Below are positions 1-9,500 of a stretch of 64,000 nucleotides of DNA, piece after piece; within the stretch, counting starts at the first letter, position 1; each line of letters begins with the position of its first letter. A program made the translations under genes and the position numbers. The notes beneath the pieces were generated by a model, which was not told the origin of the DNA, did no database searches, and was given only the letters and a program-made list of their open reading frames with translations. This stretch comes from Planctomycetota bacterium (GTDB lineage Bacteria; Planctomycetota; B15-G4), in contig JBBQUR010000014.1 of assembly GCA_038212275.1 (NCBI GenBank), positions 64,001 to 128,000 on the forward strand. The letters run 5' to 3'.

Positions 1-511
1 GCTGCACGAGCAGGTGCGTCTCACGCGCCTGCTGCTCACGGCCTCCGTGATGGACGCCTTGCGGCCGCGCCTCACGGACATCGCCGCCGCGGGCACGCGC
101 GACGTGACCGACCTCGACGGCGCCCGGCACGCAACGGACGTCGTCAGCGCACGCATCGTCGACGACTTCTACCCGCCGCCGACCGGCGGGCCCCCACCGA
201 TGCCCGGCGCACCGCCGCGGCAGCTCGAGCTGCTCTTCGCCATCGACCACGAGACGGGCGCGCTGCGCGAGCTGAAGGTGACGGCGCTCGGCCGTACGGA
301 TGTCGCACCCCAGCGGCTCAGCTTCGACTTCCACGGGCCGACCAGTTCCGGCCTGCGCGTGCCCGGCAACATCCGCGTCTTCACGGAGGGAGAGACGCAG
401 GAGTCTCTCAACCTCGGTGTCGAGGAGCGCGACGGCCTGCTGCTCTTCGACATCAACGCGCCGATCGACGCCGCGATCTTCGACCCGCCCGCGCCCGAGC
501 CCGCGAAATAG
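1..511 (+). CDS. Hypothetical protein, C-terminal part (5' end outside the window); possibly LolA-like beta-rich fold
   Basis: Frame is open from the window start to TAG at 509-511. The ending FDINAPIDAAIFDPP resembles the C-termini of LolA-like proteins (weak). Confidence 0.6.
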   Translation, partial: LHEQVRLTRLLLTASVMDALRPRLTDIAAAGTRDVTDLDGARHATDVVSARIVDDFYPPPTGGPPPMPGAPPRQLELLFAIDHETGALRELKVTALGRTDVAPQRLSFDFHGPTSSGLRVPGNIRVFTEGETQESLNLGVEERDGLLLFDINAPIDAAIFDPPAPEPAK

Positions 512-518
512 CGGCGAC

Positions 519-2327
519 TCAGAATCCGCTGCGCTTGAAGAGGCGCTCGAGTTCCGTGCGGCCGATCGCGAGGCGCGTCGGCCGCCCGTGTGGGCAGGTC
601 GCGTCGTGCTCGAGTTCCTCGCCCTGGCGCAGCAGCGCCTGCATGTCGGGAGCGGACAGCGGATCACCGGCCTTGATCGCGGCATGGCAGGCCATCGTGA
701 ACAGGCGGCGATCGAGACCGTGCGGGATGCCGCCATGCACGTCGGGCGGCTCGACGAGCGCCATGAGCAGGTCGCCGAGCGACTCCTGGCGCAGCACCGC
801 CGGGATGGCGTGGATGGCGAGCGTGTCCGGCCCGAACTCGGCGATGGACAGGCCCAGCGACTCCAGCGTGTCGCTTAGCTCAAGCGCGCGCGCGTGCAGC
901 GCGGGCGGCAGCCGCACGGTCTCGGGCAGCAGCAGGCGCTGGCTCGGAAGGCGCCCTTCGGCGAGCGCCGCCTGCAGGCGCGAGTAGAGGATGCGCTCGT
1001 GCAGCGCGTGCTGGTCCACCAGCACGAGGCCGGTGTCGCTGGCGTGCACGATGTACGTGTCGAGGACCTGCACGCACGGCACGGCGCTGCGCCCCGCGCC
1101 CAGTGAGGGCAGGACCTGCGTCTCGGCAACCGCGCTGGAGCCGACCGGCGCGGAGCCGGCATGCAGGCCGTCGTGCCGTCCGTCCTGCGGAGCGACGTGC
1201 GCCTCGTCGCCCACCGCGCGCTCGTCTTCCGCGGCGGGCCACGGGCGCTCCTTGCGAGGCAGCTGGCCGAAGGGGACGGCGCCTGCCGCGGCTCCGTCCA
1301 GCGTGACGCGCGGCGTCAGGTCGCAGGCAAGCAGCGCACTGCGGCACGCGCCGCGCACCAGGGAGAACAATGCATCGCCGTCGCGGAAGCGCACTTCGGC
1401 CTTGGTCGGATGCACGTTCACGTCGACGCGCTGCGGATCGACCGTGAGCGAGAGCACCCAGCTCGGCTGCAGCGAACCGGGCAGGAAGTCCTTGCAGCCG
1501 GAGCGCACGGCAGCCATCACGGCGCGGTCGCGCACGAGCCGCCCGTTCACGAAGAGCTGCTGGCAGCGCGGCCGCGGACGCGCGAACGACGGCAGCGAGA
1601 GCAGACCCTCGACGGCCAGGCCTTCGACGCGGCCTGCGAGCGGCACCAGCTCGCGCCGGAAGTCGTCGCCCCAGACGACGGCGACGCGGTCGGCCAGCGT
1701 GCCCGTGCCGGTGGCGGTGAAGCGCACGCGCCCGTCGTTCTCGAAGCGCAGCCGCAGGCCCGGATGCACGAGCGAGAGCGCCGCGCAGACCTCGCGACAG
1801 CGCGCGGCCTCCGTCATGGCGGCGCCCAGGAAGCGCCGGCGCGCGGGCGTGTTGAAGAAAAGGTCCCGCACCTCCACGACGGTGCCGCGGGCGAGCGATG
1901 CCGCGACCGGTTCCTCGGGCACGCCGGCCGTCACGTCGAGTCGGCGGCCGGCAGGCTCCTCCGCGGTGCGTGAAAGCACGCGCAGGCGGGACACGGCCGC
2001 GATGCTGGAGAGCGCCTCGCCGCGGAAGCCGAAGCTCGCGATGTGGAAGAGGTCGTCGACATCGTGCAGCTTGCTCGTGGCGTGCGCAGCCACCGCGAGC
2101 GGCAGCTCTGCCGGCGTGATGCCGCCGCCGTTGTCGGCAACGCGAATGAGTGACAGGCCCCCGCCGTCCACCGTGACCGAGATCTCGGTGGCCCCCGCAT
2201 CGAGTGCGTTCTCGAGCAGTTCCTTGACCACGGAAGCCGGCCGCTCCACGACCTCGCCCGCGGCAATGCGGTCGATGACGTCCTTGGGCAGGCTGCGGAT
2301 GCGCGAGGCCTCGCCGGGCGACGTCAT
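519..2327 (-). CDS. mutL: DNA mismatch repair endonuclease MutL
   Basis: IAAGEVVERPASVVKELLENALDAGA, GFRGEAL, VDVNVHPTKAEVRF, C-terminal DQHALHE, QRLLLP and CPHGRP. ATG at 2327 overlaps the holA stop (ATGA). Confidence 0.97.
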   Translation of the reverse strand: MTSPGEASRIRSLPKDVIDRIAAGEVVERPASVVKELLENALDAGATEISVTVDGGGLSLIRVADNGGGITPAELPLAVAAHATSKLHDVDDLFHIASFGFRGEALSSIAAVSRLRVLSRTAEEPAGRRLDVTAGVPEEPVAASLARGTVVEVRDLFFNTPARRRFLGAAMTEAARCREVCAALSLVHPGLRLRFENDGRVRFTATGTGTLADRVAVVWGDDFRRELVPLAGRVEGLAVEGLLSLPSFARPRPRCQQLFVNGRLVRDRAVMAAVRSGCKDFLPGSLQPSWVLSLTVDPQRVDVNVHPTKAEVRFRDGDALFSLVRGACRSALLACDLTPRVTLDGAAAGAVPFGQLPRKERPWPAAEDERAVGDEAHVAPQDGRHDGLHAGSAPVGSSAVAETQVLPSLGAGRSAVPCVQVLDTYIVHASDTGLVLVDQHALHERILYSRLQAALAEGRLPSQRLLLPETVRLPPALHARALELSDTLESLGLSIAEFGPDTLAIHAIPAVLRQESLGDLLMALVEPPDVHGGIPHGLDRRLFTMACHAAIKAGDPLSAPDMQALLRQGEELEHDATCPHGRPTRLAIGRTELERLFKRSGF

Positions 2328-3511
2328 CGCGGGCGGCCCGACGTCGCGCGGTCCGGTCGCCGGCCGGCGGCGGCCGCCGGCGCGAGCACCCGGCACAGCC
2401 GCACGGTGAGCGCATGCAGCGACAGCCCCGTGCCATCGCGCAGCGCACGCATCCCGGTCAGCGCAAGGTCGAAGGCCGCTCGCGCGCCGTCGGGCGACAG
2501 GGCCTTGGCGTCGCGCTCGAGGAAGACGCGCGCCCCGCCGCCGCCGAAGATGGCCGACAACGCCTCGGCGTGCTCGGCACGGCGTTCCCACGGCTTGGCG
2601 AGCAGCGCCGCGCGGAGCTCGGGGTTCAGCTTCTCGTGCACCTCGAGCACGCGCGCGAGGTTCGCGGTGACGCGTCGCAGGATGCTGTCCACGGCCAGGT
2701 CGCCCGACACCAGGCGTCCGCCGTGATCCATGACGCCGATGAGCAGCATCTGATCGAGCCTGTCGAGCGCGTGCGTGACGTCGCCGGCGCGCAACGCGTC
2801 CTCGTAGAGCGAGAGCAGGCGCGCACTGGTGCGACGCACGTGGTCGCGCACGTCGGCGAGCGTGAGCGTGCGGTCGCGTCCGAGCAGCACGACGAGCTGC
2901 TCCAGCTTGCGCGAGAGCGCTGCGGGCTCGTTGCCGATGCGCTGGCCCAGCTCGTCGGCGACGGCGAGGTCCACGCGCAGGCCGAAGTTCGCGGCCTCCG
3001 CGCGGATCCACTGGTTCAGCTCGGTGTCGTTGGTCGCGGGACCGCTCTGCCAAGGGGGCGGGCTGTCGCGCAGGGGCGGCAGGCTGATGACGCCGCCGAC
3101 CTCCTTGAGGCGCTTCGCGAGTCGCGAGCGGCCATCGAGGGCGTCCACCGTGAGCAGCAGGCGATGCGGCGGCGCGGGGCCGTCGAGGATCGCCTCGCAG
3201 GTCGTGCCGCGCGTACCACCGAGCAAGCCGTCCGCGCCGCGCGCCACGATGAGCCGTTGACCGCCGAAAAGCGTCGCGGTGCGCCAGAGGTCGAGCAGCC
3301 GAAGCCCGGCGGCCGCGTCGGATTCTCCGGCACGCGGAGCGAAGGACTCGCCCTGGCCGCCCGCGGCGGCGAGCGCCGTGTCGATCAGGCGTTCCTTCAG
3401 GAAGCCATCCTCGCCCGCGATGACGAGCAGCACCGGCAGCGGACCGCTGCGCAGCCGCTCCTGCGCGGCCGCCGCGATCTCGAGGAAACTCGATGGCCCC
3501 TTGCCCTTCAT
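2324..3511 (-). CDS. holA: DNA polymerase III delta subunit (HolA)-like
   Basis: LLVIAGEDGFL, TATLFGGQRLIVAR, LDGRSRLAKRLKE and IGNEPAALSRKLEQL match HolA architecture. ATGA overlap with the upstream gene. Confidence 0.75.
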   Translation of the reverse strand: MKGKGPSSFLEIAAAAQERLRSGPLPVLLVIAGEDGFLKERLIDTALAAAGGQGESFAPRAGESDAAAGLRLLDLWRTATLFGGQRLIVARGADGLLGGTRGTTCEAILDGPAPPHRLLLTVDALDGRSRLAKRLKEVGGVISLPPLRDSPPPWQSGPATNDTELNQWIRAEAANFGLRVDLAVADELGQRIGNEPAALSRKLEQLVVLLGRDRTLTLADVRDHVRRTSARLLSLYEDALRAGDVTHALDRLDQMLLIGVMDHGGRLVSGDLAVDSILRRVTANLARVLEVHEKLNPELRAALLAKPWERRAEHAEALSAIFGGGGARVFLERDAKALSPDGARAAFDLALTGMRALRDGTGLSLHALTVRLCRVLAPAAAAGRRPDRATSGRPR

Positions 3512-4380
3512 CGCCACAGCATGTCCGCTCCGACGAGTGCCGCGAAGGCCAGGCTCACGACGCCATTGAGCGTGAAGAAGGCTGCATTCACGCGCGAGAG
3601 GTCGCCGCCGCGCACCAGCCCGTGCTCGACGCACAACAAGGTCGCGACGAGGGCGATGGCCAGCCACGTCATCGCGCCGAGGCCGGCCATCGCGGCAAGC
3701 ACGCACAGAGCCAGCAGCATGCCGGCGTGCAGGCCGCGGGCCAGCAGCAGCGCGCGCCCGACGCCCCAGCGCGCGGGCAGCGAGTGAAGTCCCTCGCGGC
3801 GGTCGTGGTCCACGTCCTGGCAGGCGTAGATCACGTCGAAGCCCGAGACCCAGCAGAGCACGGCGAGGCCGAGCAGCAGCACGAGCCGCGCATCGGCATC
3901 GACGGAGCCGCGCGAGGCGAGATAGGCGGCCGGCGGCGCGAGCGCGAGCGCGAGTCCGAGGGCAAGGTGCGAGAGATTCGAGAAGCGCTTGACGAGCGAG
4001 TAGCCGAGCAGCACGACGAGCACCGCGGGCGCGACCAGCAGGCAGGCGCGGTTGAGGCTGGCGGCCACGCCCAGGAAGCCGAGCGCGCACACCGCCGTGA
4101 ACACGGCCATGCCGCGGGGTGAGGCTCGCCCTGCCGGCAGTGCCCGACCGCGTGTGCGCGGATTGGTCGCGTCGAAGCGCGCGTCGACGAGGCGGTTCCA
4201 GCCCATCGCCGCCGAGCGCGCGAACACCATCGCGAGCACCACCTTGAGGAGCAGCAGGCCGTCGGGCAGCGTGCCGCGCGTGCCGATGAGCAGGCCCAGC
4301 ATCGCGAAGGGCAGCGCGAAGATCGAGTGACCCAGGCGGATGTCGCCGAGGATCGCCGGCAGCTGTGCCAGCGCGTTCAC
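3508..4380 (-). CDS. mqnP: UbiA-family prenyltransferase (MqnP-like, futalosine menaquinone pathway)
   Basis: HSIFALPFA, ARSAAMGWNRLVDARFDATNPRT and GFDVIYACQDVDHD, with multiple TM segments. GTGA overlap with ubiX. Confidence 0.85.
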   Translation of the reverse strand: MNALAQLPAILGDIRLGHSIFALPFAMLGLLIGTRGTLPDGLLLLKVVLAMVFARSAAMGWNRLVDARFDATNPRTRGRALPAGRASPRGMAVFTAVCALGFLGVAASLNRACLLVAPAVLVVLLGYSLVKRFSNLSHLALGLALALAPPAAYLASRGSVDADARLVLLLGLAVLCWVSGFDVIYACQDVDHDRREGLHSLPARWGVGRALLLARGLHAGMLLALCVLAAMAGLGAMTWLAIALVATLLCVEHGLVRGGDLSRVNAAFFTLNGVVSLAFAALVGADMLWR

Positions 4381-4979
4381 GAGGCGTCCCCTTCGTCGCC
4401 GGGCGGTCCGCGCCAGGGATGTCGCAGCGGCAGGTCGATACGGGCCGCCTGCAGCGCCCGGTCCACGACGAACTCGATCAGATCCTCCACGCCCGTCGGA
4501 CGGAAGTAGAACGCAGGCATCGCGGGCACGATGGAGACGCCGAGTTCGGAGAGCTTGTACAGGTTGCGCAGGTGCAGCGTGGAGCACGGCGTCTCGCGCG
4601 GCACGAGCACGAGAGGACGGCGCTCCTTCAGCATGACGTCGGCGGCGCGCTCGATGAGCACGCTCGACACGCCCGCCAGGATCCGCGCCGCGGTCCCCAT
4701 CGAGCAAGGCACGACGAGCATCGCGTCGGCCGCGCTGCTCCCGCTGGCAGGAAGCGCCGCCAGATCCCGGTTGTCGAAGAAACGCGGGAGCCGGCCGCCC
4801 TTGCCGCGCAGGTATTCCGCAGGCTCGCCCGACAGGTCGTTTTCGATGGCGAGCACCCGCCGCGCCGCCGCGGAGAGGATGACCTGCGTCTCCACCTCGT
4901 GATCGAGCAGGCGTTGCACGAGCCGGACGCCGTAGATGGCGCCGGAGGCTCCCGTGATCGCGACGAGCACCGCGGTCAT
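4377..4979 (-). CDS. ubiX: Flavin prenyltransferase UbiX
   Basis: VAITGASGAIYG, ASGS, PCSMGT, LIERAADVMLKERRPLVLVPRETP, PAMPAFY. Confidence 0.95.
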   Translation of the reverse strand: MTAVLVAITGASGAIYGVRLVQRLLDHEVETQVILSAAARRVLAIENDLSGEPAEYLRGKGGRLPRFFDNRDLAALPASGSSAADAMLVVPCSMGTAARILAGVSSVLIERAADVMLKERRPLVLVPRETPCSTLHLRNLYKLSELGVSIVPAMPAFYFRPTGVEDLIEFVVDRALQAARIDLPLRHPWRGPPGDEGDAS

Positions 4980-4986
4980 TGCCGGC

Positions 4987-5835
4987 TCACCCGTGCCACG
5001 TGCGCAGGTCGCACAGGACGTCGTAGAAGACGTGCATGTAGACCACCACGGCCAGACCTCGTGCCACGAACAGGAGACCGAGGATTGTACCGGCAAGTGC
5101 GCGGAACACGAACCGGTCCGCCGTGAGCGGCTCCCCCATCTCGCCCACGTGGTGATAGAGCGCGAAGGCCAGCGACGACACGATGATGGCGCAGGCCAGT
5201 GCCGCGCGTCGGTGGACACCGAAGGCCCGCACAAGCAGCCACGTGATGCCACCGAGCAGCGCCAGCCGGAAGACGATCTCCTCCCAGAGACCCGCGCCCA
5301 CGCTGAGCAGGAACGGCAGCCAGGCCGGCATCGATCCTGTGCTCACGGGCGACTCCACCGAGAGCCCCAGTCCTCCGACCATGAGCCCCAGCATCGGCCC
5401 GAGGAGCAGCGCGAAGAGCAGCGACTCCGCCAGAATCCAGTGGGCGCGGACATGCCTCGGCGGCGCGGCTCGCAGGAGCACCAGCGCCACCACCATGAGC
5501 AGCAGCAGCAGTCCCCGGCGGAGCACGACGAGCGTGTCCGGCGTCAGTCGCGAGAAGAGCTGGCTGACCACCATCTCCGCGCCGTTGCGCAGCGGAGCGT
5601 GCGCAGCCAGCATCGCGATCTCGTAGGCCAGCAGCAGCGGCAGCACGAGCAGGAGCGAGAGCCCGATGTCCCGCGACTCGCGCAGATAGGAGCCGATCGT
5701 GAAGCCCGCCTCCGGTTCGACGTCCGTCGGGCGGCGCACCGGGCGCAGCGCGGCCTTCGCACCCGAGGACCTCGCGGTCGCGACGCGTCTGCCGGTGCCG
5801 CGCGCCGCGCGCCCCCGGCCTCGGCGGCCCGTCAC
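4987..5835 (-). CDS. CPBP (Abi/CAAX type II) intramembrane protease
   Basis: AGLWEEIVFR, FALYHH and HVFYD motifs; hydrophobic. Start chosen at the GTG overlapping the menG stop (uncertain). Confidence 0.85.
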   Translation of the reverse strand: MTGRRGRGRAARGTGRRVATARSSGAKAALRPVRRPTDVEPEAGFTIGSYLRESRDIGLSLLLVLPLLLAYEIAMLAAHAPLRNGAEMVVSQLFSRLTPDTLVVLRRGLLLLLMVVALVLLRAAPPRHVRAHWILAESLLFALLLGPMLGLMVGGLGLSVESPVSTGSMPAWLPFLLSVGAGLWEEIVFRLALLGGITWLLVRAFGVHRRAALACAIIVSSLAFALYHHVGEMGEPLTADRFVFRALAGTILGLLFVARGLAVVVYMHVFYDVLCDLRTWHG

Positions 5836-6572
5836 GAGCCCGGCCGCTCCGCGACGTGCAGCATCACGGCGCCGAGCAGATAGCTGCGCTGCTCGAGCAC
5901 CTTCAAGCCCGCACGCTGCAGCGCGGAGGCAAGTTCCACGGCACCCGGAAAGGCCCACACGGATTCAGGCAGATAGCGGTAGGCATCGATTTCGCTCCCG
6001 GACAGGAGCTTGCCGATCCGCGGCAGGACATGGAAGAAATAGGTGCGGTACATGCGAGCGAAGGCGGGGTTGGCGGGCTTGCTGAACTCGAGGATCAGCA
6101 GGCGCCCCCCCGGCGCGAGGACGCGCGCCATCTCGCAAAGCGCCGCCTGAGGGTCCTGGATGTTGCGCAAGCCGAAGGCCACGCTCACGGCGCGGAATCG
6201 GCCCGGGCCATACGGCAGCGCCAGGGCGTCCGCGACGAGGAAGGCCGGCGGCTGGTCGAGTGCGGCTGCCTTTGCCGGGGCACGCGCCACCATCTCCTCG
6301 CAGAAGTCGCTGGCGTGCACGCGGACGTCATGCCGGCAGGCATGCCCGGCCATCGCCAGCGCCACGTCGCCGGTGCCGGTGCACAGGTCGAGGATGCGGT
6401 CACCCGCACGCAGCGCCGGCAGGCGCGCGACGAGCGCACGCCGCCAGCGCTGGTCCTGACCGGCCGAGAGCAGCCTGTTGAGCAGGTCGTAGCGCGGCGC
6501 GATCGAGGCGAACATGCCGCGCACGTCCCGCCCCTTGTCGGGGGCGGTCGGATCCGGCGCGGTAGCGGTCAT
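5832..6572 (-). CDS. menG: Demethylmenaquinone methyltransferase (UbiE/MenG)
   Basis: MFASIAPRYDLLNRLLS, LDLCTGTGD, AFGLRNI, AYRYLPES. Confidence 0.93.
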   Translation of the reverse strand: MTATAPDPTAPDKGRDVRGMFASIAPRYDLLNRLLSAGQDQRWRRALVARLPALRAGDRILDLCTGTGDVALAMAGHACRHDVRVHASDFCEEMVARAPAKAAALDQPPAFLVADALALPYGPGRFRAVSVAFGLRNIQDPQAALCEMARVLAPGGRLLILEFSKPANPAFARMYRTYFFHVLPRIGKLLSGSEIDAYRYLPESVWAFPGAVELASALQRAGLKVLEQRSYLLGAVMLHVAERPGS

Positions 6573-6576
6573 CAGG

Positions 6577-9500
6577 TCACTGGCTGAAGAAACTGGTCAT
6601 CACCGCGACATCGCGCGGTGTCGTGATCGTCTTCAGGTGCGTGCCGTTGGCGACATCGAAGACCTCGATGATCTTGCCGCTGATGGACAGGTACAGACGA
6701 TCGGCATCCCAGCGTGGCCCGTTGGTGAACGTCGGCAGGATGTTGTCCGCGAGCGGGAACTTGCTGTTGCGCGGGAAGAGCGGCACCTGCTTGGGTGTGG
6801 CACCCGCGTTCAGCAGGTTGAAGTAGCTGGCGAAGTCCTCCTGCTCGAAGCGCTTGCGGTTGTAGTCGGGCAAGGCCACTGCGTAGGCCGCCGCAGCCGG
6901 GAAGCTGGACAGGTACTGCGCCTTCGTCTGGAAGACGGTCGTGCCGAAGCCGATCGTCGTGTTGAAGATGTTGAAGGTCTGCGCACCAGGCTGGGTGTCC
7001 GCGGTGTAGGCGATGCGCGTGACCAGCGCCTTGCCGTTCTCGTCCTTGTGCGCGACGAAGCATCCGACCGTCGCCGAGAAGCCGTCGAGCGGCACGTTCG
7101 GGTCGTAGGTGATGCCGCGCGGCTCGAACATGTTCTTCCACTTCTGACCAGTCACCGGCTCGTTCGGGCGAACCTTGCCGACGATGGTGTCGAAGCCGAT
7201 ACCGGCGGTGCCATCCGGCCCCGACTGATACACGAGCACGTTGTTGCCGCCGTAGTTCGAGATGTAGCCGTGGTAGGTGCCGCTCTGGAAAGCCGGGCCG
7301 TTGGTCGCCTCGCGCATGCCGCAGGCCATTTCGTACGGCCGGTTCAGTCCGGAGTCGGTCAGCGTCTTGCGCACGGTGCCGCTGTTCACGTCCACGATCG
7401 TCACCGTGTTCGAGAGGTAGTTGAGGACAAAGACGTCCTCGTTGTCCGGATCGACGCAGACGGCCCGGGGGCCGGTGCCGACCTGGATGCGCTTCAACTC
7501 GGTCATGAACGTGGCGCTGGTCGGGTCCGCATCCACGACGGACAGGCTGTTGTCGCCCTCGTTGCTGACGTAGAGCCGATCGAGCTCGGGCGACATGCCG
7601 AGACCGTATGGATCAGGCAGCGTGAGCGACTGGATGACCTGCATCGTGTTGGAGTTGATCGCGTGCAGCTTCCGGTTCACGCCATCGGCGGCGAACAGGA
7701 AGTTGCCGATCTGCTGGCGCGCCTCGTAGATCGGAGGCACGAGTCCGCCGCTTCCCGAAGATCCGGGAGCAGCCGCGTTGCGCGTGGCCAAGATCACGGC
7801 GCCGGCCGTCGCGGTCTTGGGCAGCGGTCCGGTCTGGACGAACTTCGGCGACGTGGCGACGCCCGTGGCGAAGTTGAAGGTGCTCTGGAAACCCGCCCGC
7901 GGCAGCGGAGCGATGTCGAAGGCGTTCTTGTTGCTGGTGTTCGTCGTCGGGTTGAGCTGGATGAGTCCGTTGCTGGCCTGCGGCGACTGCACGCCGACGC
8001 CCGAGCTGTCGTCGAAGTAGGCGAACCCGTCTCCGGGGAAAACTTCGTTGCCCTGGATCAACGTCGGCGCGGCAGCAACGTCGGACTGGTCGAAGATGAC
8101 GGCCGTGTGCGGCAGTCCGACCGGGAAGCGCAGTGGAGGCGGGTTGGGGAACGGGGGATCGGCAATCGTGTTCGTCGCGATCGCGCCCTGACCCGGCGTG
8201 TTGTAGGTGCGGTGGCGCTGCGGATTGGCGTTCGAGTTCTCCGGGTCGAAGAAGGGCGCCACGGAGTCGAGGAAGTCTCCCACCTGCATGTCGCGCACGA
8301 TGCTCACCTTGCTGTCGTCGGTGAGAATCGCGCTGGCCGTCGCGGGGTTGTTCTGGGTGATGCCGCTGAACACCAGCGTTTCGTAACCCGAGGAGCCTTC
8401 GTTGATGCCGGGGGTCGGCGTGAGCGAACCGGTGCTGATGGCCTTGCCGATCGCATATTCGGACTCGGTGCCGGACGGACTGCCCTGCGAACCACCGGAC
8501 GTGTAGCGACCGAAGATGCCGAAGGCCCGGAAATGATCACCGTTCTTGAACTGTCCGCTCGCCGTGAAGTTGAACTTGCTGGGCGAACCGCTGAGCGTCG
8601 GCGGCAGGAAGCGCGAGACCTCGACGTAGTTCTGGAAGGTGGTGTTGAGCGCAGCACCGCCGGGAATGTTGGTGTTGTAGCCGGTGCCGGACAGATCGAG
8701 CACGCCCGCGCCACCACTGCTGTAGCCGAGGTACAGCGCCTGCGGCGACACCGGAGCATTCACGTAACGGTAGGTGTTGTCGTGGCCGACCCGGAAGGTG
8801 CGGCACACGTTGGTCCCGCCCGTGGTCAAGTCATTGGTCATGACGCCATCCACCAGCGTGTCGACGGCCACGGAGGTTCCGCCGTAGGCCAGCAGTCCCT
8901 GCAGGTCCATCGGTCCCGCATTGACCTTGATGACGGTCTGGTTGCCGAGGATGGCCGTCTTGAATGCCGTGCCCGAATCGCCGAGACCGACGGCATTGAT
9001 GCCCTGGAAGCCCGTGAAGACGGTACCGGAGCGGCTCTGGTTGCCCCGGTTGGTGCGCGAGAGGAAGGACATGCCGAGTCCGGGCAGGCAGACGCCCACG
9101 GTCACGACGACGTCCGGCGGCATCTCGACCAGGGTCTCGACGACGTAGGCCTGACGATTGTTCTGGTTGAGCGGATAGATGTCGCAGGGAACGACACCGC
9201 GCGGCAGCGTGGCGAGCGTGTTCATCAACGTGGGCACGAGGCCGTTGCCCGACTTTTCGGTACTGGTGAACAGCTGGCCATTGTCCTTGGTCGACGTCGA
9301 GGTGCCGCCGGCCTTGGCGAAGGGCGAGTTGACCTTCTGCGTGAAGCCGCTCGTCGGGCTGATGCCCGCCGGCTGATTGACGGCCACGTAGATGCTGGAA
9401 GCCAGCGGGCTGCCCAGGTGGGCCGTCGCGATCGAGCTTGCCGGGCTGCCGACGGGACGCGAGTTGCCGTTGAACGGGAACAGGACACCCAGGCTCGGCG

